Source: Wolbachia endosymbiont of Drosophila innubila
Lineage (GTDB): Bacteria; Pseudomonadota; Alphaproteobacteria; Rickettsiales; Anaplasmataceae
DNA length: 32,000 bases
Reading direction: 5' to 3'
Assembly: GCF_021378375.1 (NCBI RefSeq)
Contig: NZ_CP076228.1
Coordinates: 1,020,001 to 1,052,000, forward strand
Below, one piece after another: positions 9,981-19,400 of this stretch (the first letter of the stretch is position 1; the number at the start of each line of letters is the position of its first letter). The translations under genes were made by a program, and so were the position numbers. The notes under the pieces are model-generated. The model did no database searches. It worked only from the letters and a program-made list of their open reading frames with translations, and was not told the DNA's origin.

Positions 9981-10730
9981 TTACTCTGTACCGTTCACAC
10001 TTAATTCTTCAATCTCACTAATAGAAAGGCCAGTAAACTTAACAATAGTGTTGACATCAACATTATTAGCCAGCATTGCTTTTGCGACTTCAATTTTCCC
10101 TTCAATTTTCCCTTCAATTTTCCCTTCAATTTTCCCTTCAATTTTCCCTTCAATTTTCCCTTCAATTTTCCCTTCAATTTTCCCTTCAATTTTCCCTTCA
10201 ATTTTCCCTTTCTCTATACCTTTTTGTATACCTTTCTCTTCAGCAAGATCAAGTCTGTATTCAAGAATGGCTTCTTCTTTGCGCAGATCCATTATTCTTT
10301 CTTCATAAGTTATTAGATCTTTTTCATTCCAGTGAAACTTATCTAATTCATCATATGCTAGCTTTATTATTGGTGATTTTTCCGCAATTTTTCTGAGATC
10401 TTCGTCCGTTGTTTCATCTGCATATTTGAAAAAAAATAGCCAACGGTCTACTACACTTTCTAGTTGTTCTTCTCTACTCTTAGGAAATTTTGGCAGCTCT
10501 ATGAAGATAAATTGAAAATCTTTTAAGTCATGCTCATTGGTTTTTTCATCTCTTATGGTATGGCTAGATATATAGTCAAGCTTATCAGGGAATAAGGTAC
10601 AATTTGAAATCGCGATAAAGAAAATCTTCTTTAAATCAACGTATTTACCAGATTTATCAGCTTGTCTTGAGTAAGCCTTAGCAGCATAAAGTTGTGCGCG
10701 TTTTTCAAAGCCCTTAGTTTTAGCGACCTG
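9981..10730 (-). pseudogene. Rpn-like/PD-(D/E)XK nuclease-transposase family protein, 5' end lost beyond the group II intron; copy 1
   Basis: The minus-strand frame stays open from the 9981 stop up to the intron boundary: QVAKTKGFEKRAQLYAAKAYSRQADKSGKYVDLKKIFFIAISNCTLFPDKLDYISSHTIRDEKTNEHDLKDFQFIFIELPKFPK...DRWLFFFKYADETTDEDLRKIAEKSPIIKLAYDELDKFHWNEKDL..., ending in KIEG repeats. The family call is from overall pattern. Confidence 0.75.
10090..10212 (-). repeat. 12-bp tandem repeat (ccttcaattttc), about 10 units, coding for (KIEG)n
   Basis: Perfect repeat of CCTTCAATTTTC visible in the sequence; 9 KIEG units plus KIE in the translation. Confidence 0.95.
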
Positions 10731-10770
10731 GTTAGGTAAGGAAGTAGTATTGCTACTACTCCTCCCTTAG

Positions 10771-10804
10771 AAACGCAGCATGCAGGTTTCTCCACACTAC
10801 GCTT
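10771..10804 (-). ncRNA. Group II intron domain V
   Basis: Minus-strand AAGCGTAGTGTGGAGAAACCTGCATGCTGCGTTT is 34 nt with a catalytic AGC near the 5' side, a GAAA tetraloop position and 2-nt bulge geometry. It is followed by the DVI stem GGAGTAGTAGCAATACTACTTCC. Confidence 0.8.
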
Positions 10805-10848
10805 GAGCCCCTTATCTAAGTCCTTCTTTTCTCGAACCGGCTTGTCCT

Positions 10849-11837
10849 TCATGATTCCTCAGAAAACATCATTCTTAATGGTGACACCAACAGCAGAGAA
10901 CCTTCTCTTGAGAAAGAGCTTGCTAACATTTTTGTTTGTTTCACTCTTTCATCAAAATACTTTTTCCATTTTAAGTCAAGTGGATTTGCATCCGCCCTGA
11001 TTTTAACATGTCGTCTGATAGGTATATCAATCAACCTAAGCAGTCTTAAATACCTTATCTCTTTCGGTTTGTTCTTGCATATGGGTGCAGCAAAGACCCA
11101 TTGGCGTTGTTTCATTACCTTGAAGTAACGATTCTTTATCCAACGTAATCCTTTACGAGGATGTCTTTTCTTTGCCCATTTCCATAGAGCACACATAATT
11201 TCATGGTCTATTTTGTTAAAAGCTCTTTTCGCACACACATGGCTGTAGTAATTTTCCCATCCCCTTAATAGGGGAATTGAGCAACTTGATTAGTACGGCC
11301 TGAGTGTTCGCTATGTTTGCCTTTATCAATGTACGTGCTTTATTAAGAAGTTTCTTAATACTTTCTTTTGAAGGTTTTATAATTAACTTCTTATTATACC
11401 TGCGTACATTACAACCAAGAAAGTCAAACCCTGTTGTAATAGATGTAATTTTTGTTTTCTCTTCGGAAAGGATAAGACCTCTCTCCTGAAGAAAGGACGA
11501 TACTAGAGGTTTTACTTCATTTTCCAGTACTTCACGTGTGATTCCTGAAATGATAAAGTCATCTGCGTACCTGATTACATTTACTCCACTTCTGATTTTG
11601 CTTCTTCTTTTACTGCCAAGTTTACCAAATTGACTTTCCAATGATTTTTCAAGTCCATTTAGGGCTAGATTTGCTAGTATTGGAGAGATGATACTACCTT
11701 GTGGGGTACCTGCAGTTGTGGAATACAGAGTTTTTGATTCTAGGAAGCCAGCTTTTAACCAGCTATGAAGAATTTTCTTCTCCATAGGAATATGCTTCAT
11801 GAGCCATTCATGGTTAATGTTATCAAAACACCCTTTA
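10849..11837 (-). pseudogene. Group II intron reverse transcriptase/maturase, frameshifted; N-terminus and C-terminal HNH domain absent
   Basis: ORFs 11216..11869 and 10849..11238 are consecutive parts of one RT. The junction reads PIKG-(frameshift)-W-E-N-Y-Y-S-H-V-C-A-K-R. The first ORF runs out of the IS element at its 5' end. Confidence 0.85.
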
Positions 11838-12750
11838 GAGGTTGTTCGGAAACTAGTAAATTCAAGCATATTCCCTCTTTAACATAACCCTACTCATAGC
11901 TAGGTATATGAAATTCTCAGTGGATGTTGTGAGTAAATCATACTCCTTCGATAGCCTTCTATTCCTATTAACCCAAGCAAAAGTCCTTTCTACAACCCAT
12001 CTTCTTGGCTGTACTTTAAACCCTTGTTCTCTTGTTGGTAGTAGCTCAGGTGGCGTATCTTTGTGCACCCAAAATCTACATGGAGGCCTTTTAACAATTT
12101 CAATATCTATGTCATATTCTTCCTTTATGTGATTCTTTAAATTTCTTCCTTGGTATCCCATGTCAGCCCACATTTTTTAACTTTAGTATATTTTGTTCTC
12201 ATATTGTTTAATGCTATTTTAATACCATCTCTATCATTTTCGTTAGCAGCGCCTACGTAACAACCTAGTATAAAACCCTGAGTGTCTGTAATTATATGCC
12301 TTTTTCTACCCTTTTACTTTTTACTTCCATCATAGCTTTGATCCCCCTTTTCTGTAGTCTTTACAGATTGACTATCTACTATACAGGCACTCGGCTGCTC
12401 ATTCTTTCCTATTTTTCTTCTACTATATTTTGTAATTTCATAATTCATTTTCTCAAAAATTCCCTGCTTCTTCCATTGCCTGAACTGCTCATACACAGTC
12501 TTCCATAGCGGAAAATCATTTGGTAAATACCGCCATTGACACCCTGTACGCAATACATAGAAAATTGCTTCTAATATTTCTTTTTTGCTATACTTTGGCA
12601 GCCTTCCTCCTTTCTTGTATGATACTCTGAAGTGTTTTTCTATTCTTGCCCATTCCCTTTCGCTTAGATCTGTTGGATACTTTTTTCTCATCTTTACCCC
12701 GTACTAAAATTTCAGATATTATAGCCTTTTACTTGTTTCCGGACAACCTC
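11838..12750 (-). mobile_element. IS5-family insertion sequence (ISWpi1-like), copy A
   Basis: Terminal inverted repeats GAGGTTGTTCGGAAAC / GTTTCCGGACAACCTC. OrfA 12314..12691 (YPTDLSEREWARIEKHF...RTGCQWRYLPNDFP...VDSQSVKTTEKG) and OrfB 11862..12173 (MWADMGYQG...RRWVVERTFAWVNRNRRLSKEYD). The ISWpi1 name is from memory and unverified. Confidence 0.88.
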
Positions 12751-13451
12751 TAAGACAAACAGTCGGGTTTATAAAAGGGTATTTGCAACAAATAGGAAGA
12801 GATTTGCAGCTATTCACAAGCATCAAAAGAAACTTAATATTAAGATAAATGATTGCAGAAAATAATATGGAAGATATCGAAATTGCTATAGACAGTACAG
12901 GAATTAGTATATACAACAACACACAGCAAGGAAAATAGCACTGACAGAAAATATCGTGGCTATGAGCAAACGAGAAAATTGCACGTAATGTTGAATATAA
13001 ACAACAAAAAAGCCATAGCTGTAAAATACAGTAACGGCTGATCACTATGGAGCTTGTGATTTGCTAAAAGAAGTTGATTTTCAGCATGCCATAAAAGCAC
13101 TATATGCAGATAGAGCATGATAGGCACAAGTTTTATAAGTTGTGTAACGAATATGATATAAAGACAAAAATTCCACCAATAAACAATGCGGCAGAACATC
13201 CAGAAATAGATTATATGTCTGACAGGAATGCTGCTATTAGGTTAATAAAATTATACGGTGAAGGTGGCATGAAAGAATGGAAAAAAGAAGTAAATTATGG
13301 GAAAAGATCTTATATTGAAGGGTTTTTCTCAAGATTAAAGCAAATATTCGGATTTAGTTTTAGGAATAAATCTGAGATAAATCGAGAAAAAGAACTAAAT
13401 GCTATTTGCTTAATAAATTCACTGATATTGGTATGGCTAAATTTGAGATAG
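12751..13451 (+). pseudogene. Degraded IS5/IS4-type DDE transposase, different from the ISWpi1-like element
   Basis: The plus frame near 12870 encodes MEDIEIAIDSTGISIYNNTQQGK followed by stops. ORF 13104..13451 carries the C-terminal DDE domain (INNAAEHPEIDYMSDRNAAIRLIKLYG...WKKEVNYGKRSYIEGFFSRLKQIFG). Confidence 0.75.
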
Positions 13452-13578
13452 TTACATGAATTTACCATAAATCACCATCTCATAAAGTGTGATGCAACAA
13501 AGCCATCCCAGTGTCTGGGCACTGGGATGACACACCCTTTTGGATGGAAACCAGTGTCAGGTACTCGGATGACACCAT

Positions 13579-16389
13579 TTACAACCACTCTCCTACCCTT
13601 TCTAGCTGTTTATAGCTGTTAAATCTCAGGAATTTATCAAAATATGGAGAGGCAATAAAGGGTGTGGAATTACTTAAATAGTTAGATAAAAAACCAGGCA
13701 GATCATTTTTTAATTCTTGCATTTTGTATCTATAATTTTGTATAGAAATAACTTTTATTTTATCATAATCAAGTTTCCAATAAGCAAGTTCTGAGACTTC
13801 TCTTTTTGTTATATGTTCTACCGCTAAGGCTTGTAAAATTAATTGCGGAAAAAATCCCGACATTACTTCTTCATTGGAAGGTGGTGTACCAAGCTTATAG
13901 TCTATAATTGCCACTTGCCCACTTGGTAGATACTCAACTCTATCACATCTTGCTATCAGTGAAATTTCTTGTGGCTTATTTGTCATCCAAGCAGTTTCAT
14001 ACTGATCACAAGAACCAGTTTCACGCGCTGGAATATGAAATATCGGACAGGAAAAGTTCTTTTCCAACTCAACATAATTGCTTCGAGTTTCATCAAATTC
14101 GACAAAAGATTGAATTATCTTTTGTAGTCTTACCCACCACATATTTGAAAAATTAAACTGACTAGTCGAGAATGCTTCTCGTGCAATGCTCATTGGAGAT
14201 TTTTTGTTGCGTAAATATCTTGCAAGAATGTTGTGTACCATAGTGCCAAATTCCAATATCGATGGCTTGAAATTCAAGTCTCTTAATTGTTTAAGACCCA
14301 GTATATATTCAACGTAAAATGAATAAGGATTACGAATTAGCTTTTCTATTGCACTGCAAGACATCACCTGCATTTTTTCTTTTCTAACTTCGGTTTGAGG
14401 TTTTGGCATAGGCTGAGTACATGGAACAGTACATTCAGGCGTATTTAATATCCTTAGCCAATCACGATACGGCTGCTTCCCCTCCTTGAGTAGAATTTCC
14501 AAACGCTGCAATAGAATTGGCTTTCTATGGCTTAGCGATCTTGTAATATAAACCTTACTTGCACAAAACAAATTGTGTAAAGTATAAAAAAAATACCCCT
14601 GCTCTTCTTGTGCAGAAGGAAGATTAAATTTTTCTCTCGTAAGTGCATTCAAAAGCGGACTTTGAAAGCTTGGCGCTTCATTAAATCCAGCAAGTATTAC
14701 AACTTTGTTGTGATATAAGCTGAATTTATTCAAGTCACTTGCTACAAAGAAAAACTCTTTCTCTAAAAATAAGGTCAGAATTTGGCTATATAACTCTAAG
14801 GAGCATTTAATTCCTACACCCTCACATGCATTTGAGAAATTACAGGTAAAATTACCTATTTCACTATTTAGCTCTGAAAAATTTATACCAGATAATATAT
14901 TAATACACTGCAAATGAGTTGCTACCACATCGAAAATAGAGCAATTTATAGAACGAAGTAAAGGATTAAATATAACCTCTAACTTACTGATAATAAGTAA
15001 TATATCTTCTTTGTATTTTAGCTTTTTATGGGCATTGATAGCATTTATAATATCGCTCAGACCATTTGTACTAAAGTTGCGTAATATCTCTATTTCAAAT
15101 TCAGATAAAATCCGAGTGTACTCTTCTTGAGTGTAACCAAAAGTCACTAGCCTATGTTTAAGGAGCGAAAGTAATGACACACTGCTCCAATTTGAGGTCA
15201 AAACTTCGATACTATAAAGCAGAAGCGTTATATAAGGGTAATTTTCCGGTATGGCACTGTGTTGCCTTGATAAACATGCTATACGAGCTGCAAGTAATTT
15301 ATCAAAGACGACCAAAGAAATGTTTTCATAACCTTCATTTTCTATAATTAATGATGTCACTTGTGCTTCTTCCTCTCTGGAATCACAAGTGATGACTTCA
15401 ATATTGCCAACATGTCCACTACTAACTTTGCTTAGATCGGCAGTTGTATCAAAGACGTAATCTAGATATTCCTCAGGACTTCCTGTTATCCCAGCCCTTT
15501 CTTCTGTCATCCAAGTAGCTGACACTGGGATCCAGTTTTCATTATACAGCCACCTGGTGCGCTCATTTAAAGTTAAGTTTTCTGGATCCCAGTGTCTGGG
15601 CACTGGAGAACACGCTTCTGGCAGAAAACTCACATCCCTTCTATCCACTTTTAAATAATCGAGCAGATCTTTCAGGCAATATTGATAATGTTTTTTATCA
15701 AGCGATTTCCAGTCTTTCTCTTTAATTTTCAAATTCAAGTTAGGCAAAATTATTTTTCCAAATGGCAGATCATATATAGCCCTAATTAACGACTTATCCT
15801 TTCCAATTCCAACAAAGATTATATATTGGTCTTTTTGTAAAGAGATTATCATATTGTTTATGTAATCACTCTTATGTTTTAATATATCTACTACTTCTAA
15901 ATCTTTTAAAGTTTTACTCCAAGTCTCAGTGAGTAAGCTTATGAAATTCTCTATTTTTTTTGAATGTTCATCAAATTGATAACAATCCGTTGTTTGGGTA
16001 GATTGAATTTTATCAAGCAGTGATGGCAGGCTATAAGCTAAATCAATTGGAAAATTATCATTATTTTTTCTATTCCACTCCAATATGAATTGAATGAGTA
16101 GCAGTGTCCTTTTTGTTGGCTTGATAACTTTAACCCTATCAAGATTTAATATTAAATCTTCCTCATCAATATTCTCTAGCGAAACTATCTCTGGCAAAAT
16201 TATGCATTTTTTAGCGTTATGATTCTTGAATGCACTCAGCAGCGCTATCACATCCCTCTTGCAAGGAAGTATGATTTTTACTTCAGGAATTTTTTCTCTT
16301 TCATATTCAGAAAATATGTGCTGAACCAGCACATCAAAAAGAGATTCATCCACATTAACGGTAAAAACTCTTCCCACTAACAGTAACAA
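13579..16389 (-). CDS. addB: AddB-like double-strand break repair protein with C-terminal PD-(D/E)XK nuclease domain
   Basis: 936-aa ORF. The C-terminal RCDRVEYLPSGQVAIIDYKLGTPPSNEEVMSGFFPQLILQALAVE matches the AddB/RecB nuclease motif (D...DYK...Q). Central NLPSAQEEQGYFFYTLHNLFCASKVYITRS is helicase-like as in alphaproteobacterial AddB. Confidence 0.85.
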   Translation of the reverse strand: MLLLVGRVFTVNVDESLFDVLVQHIFSEYEREKIPEVKIILPCKRDVIALLSAFKNHNAKKCIILPEIVSLENIDEEDLILNLDRVKVIKPTKRTLLLIQFILEWNRKNNDNFPIDLAYSLPSLLDKIQSTQTTDCYQFDEHSKKIENFISLLTETWSKTLKDLEVVDILKHKSDYINNMIISLQKDQYIIFVGIGKDKSLIRAIYDLPFGKIILPNLNLKIKEKDWKSLDKKHYQYCLKDLLDYLKVDRRDVSFLPEACSPVPRHWDPENLTLNERTRWLYNENWIPVSATWMTEERAGITGSPEEYLDYVFDTTADLSKVSSGHVGNIEVITCDSREEEAQVTSLIIENEGYENISLVVFDKLLAARIACLSRQHSAIPENYPYITLLLYSIEVLTSNWSSVSLLSLLKHRLVTFGYTQEEYTRILSEFEIEILRNFSTNGLSDIINAINAHKKLKYKEDILLIISKLEVIFNPLLRSINCSIFDVVATHLQCINILSGINFSELNSEIGNFTCNFSNACEGVGIKCSLELYSQILTLFLEKEFFFVASDLNKFSLYHNKVVILAGFNEAPSFQSPLLNALTREKFNLPSAQEEQGYFFYTLHNLFCASKVYITRSLSHRKPILLQRLEILLKEGKQPYRDWLRILNTPECTVPCTQPMPKPQTEVRKEKMQVMSCSAIEKLIRNPYSFYVEYILGLKQLRDLNFKPSILEFGTMVHNILARYLRNKKSPMSIAREAFSTSQFNFSNMWWVRLQKIIQSFVEFDETRSNYVELEKNFSCPIFHIPARETGSCDQYETAWMTNKPQEISLIARCDRVEYLPSGQVAIIDYKLGTPPSNEEVMSGFFPQLILQALAVEHITKREVSELAYWKLDYDKIKVISIQNYRYKMQELKNDLPGFLSNYLSNSTPFIASPYFDKFLRFNSYKQLERVGEWL
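15438..15616. repeat. Palindromic repeat segments inside the addB-like ORF
   Basis: Contains ctgtcatccaagtagctgacactgggatccag and ctggatcccagtgtctgggcactgg, the same motifs as intergenic repeats. Encodes WDPEN...NENWIPVSATWMTEERAGITG. Confidence 0.8.
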
Positions 16390-16476
16390 TTAATACAATA
16401 TTTTATTGTATAGAAATTATTCAAAATATAAACGTGCTTGTATGCTATTATATATTAAAATTTTTTATAACATTAC

Positions 16477-19400
16477 ATGGCAAACATTAGAATAGAAGTT
16501 TTAAATAAATGCGAGCAAATTGGCTGCAGATGGTTAGTCAACGTTTACTCGATTTACATACGCAAAGAATTACCATCCAAATTATATGAAGAAATTTGCG
16601 GGCTATTTTATAATAAAGTCATACAAGACTGCCGTTATTATTCCTACAATGAAAACCTTGAAGAAGTTCCGTATGATTTCATAGAACCACAAGCAAAGTG
16701 GGGCTTGGAAATAAGCTTCCTACCTGGCATGACCGATAATGTAGGCAACACAGTGAAACAAATTGTTAGAGAGTATTTAATAAGCAAAGGCTATATCGAC
16801 CAGCCTGTCATCCCAGCCCCTTCTTTTGTCATCCCAGTGCTTGACACTGGGATCCAGAAAGAGAAAACGCAGATTCCAGCGTCACGCGCTGGAATGACAC
16901 CAATTGAGATCAAAGCAAGAAGTTCAAAATTGATTCTAAGTCAAGGAGATTTACCAACCGAAGATGATATAAAACAAGAGTTCAACCCCATCACTGAGTA
17001 TTGCACACTTATCTGTAAAGAAAATAATAACTATAGCTGGGAATATTATGGTAAATATAAATCATTAAATACCCACTCCGGTGTCATTCCAGCGCGTGAC
17101 CAGGAAAAAAAAGAATGGATCCCAGTGTCAAGCACTGGGATGACAGAAAAAAAGGCTGGGATGACAAAAGAGAGCACTGGAGTGATATCAAGTAGTAATG
17201 GGGCTAAATCTGTTGATTTAAATGTAAGTGACCAAGAACTTGAGAAAATCAGCAGAGATGGAATCGATGGTAATGGCACTTTAGGGCTCTCGCTGGCAGC
17301 AATGAAAGCTATAAAGGATTACTTTAAAAAACTTGGTAGAAATCCATATGATATTGAACTTGAGTCTCTGGCACAGACTTGGTCTGAACATTGTAAACAC
17401 AATATTTTTTGCTCCCCTATTGATGAAATAAAAGACGGTCTATATGCTCATTATATTAAGCGTGCAACGCGTGAGATAAATTCTGACATATGCGTGTCAG
17501 TTTTCTCCGACAACGCAGGAGGAATAATTTTTGATGACGATTACTTGATTGTAGATAAAGTTGAAACTCACAATAGCCCTTCAGCTCTTGATCCATTTGG
17601 TGGAGCAATGACCGGAGTGCTTGGAGTTAATCGCGATATAGTGGGTTTCGGGAAAGGCGCAGAGCCTATAATGAATACCTATTACTTTTGCTTTGCCAAA
17701 GAAGCAAAAGGCAAATTTTATAGGGATAAAGAGCGCACTGATGAGATCTTACCGCCAAAATATATAATGAAAGAAGTGATTCGCGGTGTTAATGTTGCTG
17801 GTAATTGCTCTGGTATTCCAACACAACTTGGATCGGTATATTTCGACGATAGATTTTGTGGCAAGCCATTAGTTTTTGTCGGAAGCATTGGAATTATTCC
17901 ACGCAATATAAATAATGCACCTTCACACATTAAAGGACCAAAAAATGGCGATAAGATTGTAATTATTGGCGGAAGAGTTGGAAGAGATGGAATTCACGGT
18001 GCAACGTTCTCTTCAGAGGCTTTATCGGGAAATAGCCCTTCAACAATTGTGCAAATTGGTGACCCTATAACACAAAAAAAATTATCCAATGCCGTCATAA
18101 AAGCAAGAGATCTTGATCTTTATAATGCAATAACGGATAACGGAGCAGGTGGGCTGTCGTCGTCTATTGGTGAAATGGGAAAAGACGGATTTGAAGTTGA
18201 TTTGAGCAAGGTTCTCCTTAAAAACGATGGTATGGCTCAGTGGGAAATATGGATATCAGAATCACAAGAGAGAATGACCTTAGCAGTGCCAGAAGAAAAT
18301 CTCCCTATGTTTAAGCAAATCATGAAAAAACATGATGTGGAGGTTTGTGTGATTGGAGAGTTTAATGAGAGTGGTAAAGCTGTTGTTAAATGTCCTGAAG
18401 GGACAGTAATAATGGACATCGAAACTGAATTTCTGCATGATGGTAATCCCAAAGTGCATTTACAGACGAAACCGTGGTCTAAGGGGCTTCCAGCGCTATG
18501 CGCTGGAATGACAACAAGTTCGCCTTCTTTAGCAATTGAACTAAAAGAAATGCTGAGCAGACCAAACATTTGCAGCAAAGAGTTCATAGTGGTGCAATAT
18601 GACCATGAGGTTCAAGGGTCGTCAGTGCTGAAACCACTGCAGGGCAAGGGAAGAGTGTGCAGTGAAGCTATTGTTTCAAGGCCAATCCTTTCTTCAAATA
18701 AAGGTGTTGTAAAATCGCAAGGATTTGGCTCAAGTTATGGAGAAATTGACACCTACCACATGGCAGCATGTGCAATTGACACCGCGATACGCAACTATGT
18801 AGCCGCAGGAGGAAATATAAATCATCTAGCGTTGCTCGACAATTTTTGTTGGTGTGATGCTTATAATCCAGAAAGGTTGTGGCAACTAAAGAAAGCTGCA
18901 GAGGCTTGTTACGACTTCGCAACTGCATTTAAAACACCATTCATATCCGGAAAAGACAGTATGTTCAATGACTTCAAGGGATATGATGAAAATGGCGAGA
19001 AAGTGATAATCTCTGCACCACCTTCATTACTCATCTCAGCAATTGGAATTATAGAAAATATTGAAAATGCGGTATCGCTTGATGTAAAAATGCCAGGGGA
19101 CTTGATATATGTGCTTGGAGAAACACTTGATGAACTTGGTAGATCTGAATATCAGTTATATAGTGGAATAGGTAATAACAACGTACCAAAAGTTGATGCA
19201 AAGAGCGCTAGGAAGTTGTATGAGCGTTACAACCAGGCAATAAAAGATGGCATAATTGCCTCTGCAATTGCACCAAACTTAGGCGGATTAGTTATTGCTC
19301 TGGCAAAATCGCTAATTGCAGGAGACCTTGGTGCTGAAATCGATCTTTCACTAGTCCCAATAGGAAAAATACAAAATACAGACATAATAAACAAGATAAT

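Larger units (their letters stand above)
10731..11837 (-). mobile_element. Group II intron, 5' part lost, with fragmented maturase ORF
   Basis: RT motifs (TPQGSIISPILANLALNGLEK, YADDFIISG), maturase-like domain (YYSHVCAKRAFNKIDHEIMCALWKWAKKRHPRKGLRWI), then a 34-nt domain V-like hairpin and a domain VI-like stem with a candidate bulged A. Confidence 0.85.

Noticed and set aside
10090-10212. Possible CRISPR array from regularly repeated units
   Set aside because: These are direct 12-bp repeats with no spacers, inside a coding frame; no cas genes are nearby.
10048-10396. Long plus-strand ORFs (SIFPSIFPSIFP.../SLQFSLQFSLQ...) over the 12-bp repeats, repeated at 31395..31743
   Set aside because: The 12-bp repeat lacks stops in several frames, so extra ORFs arise automatically. 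The minus-strand frame continues into recognisable protein sequence, while the plus frames do not.
11908-12132. Plus-strand ORF MKFSVDVVSKSYSFDSLL... (also 24524..24748)
   Set aside because: Antisense shadow of the IS5 OrfB frame; present in both copies only because the IS is duplicated.
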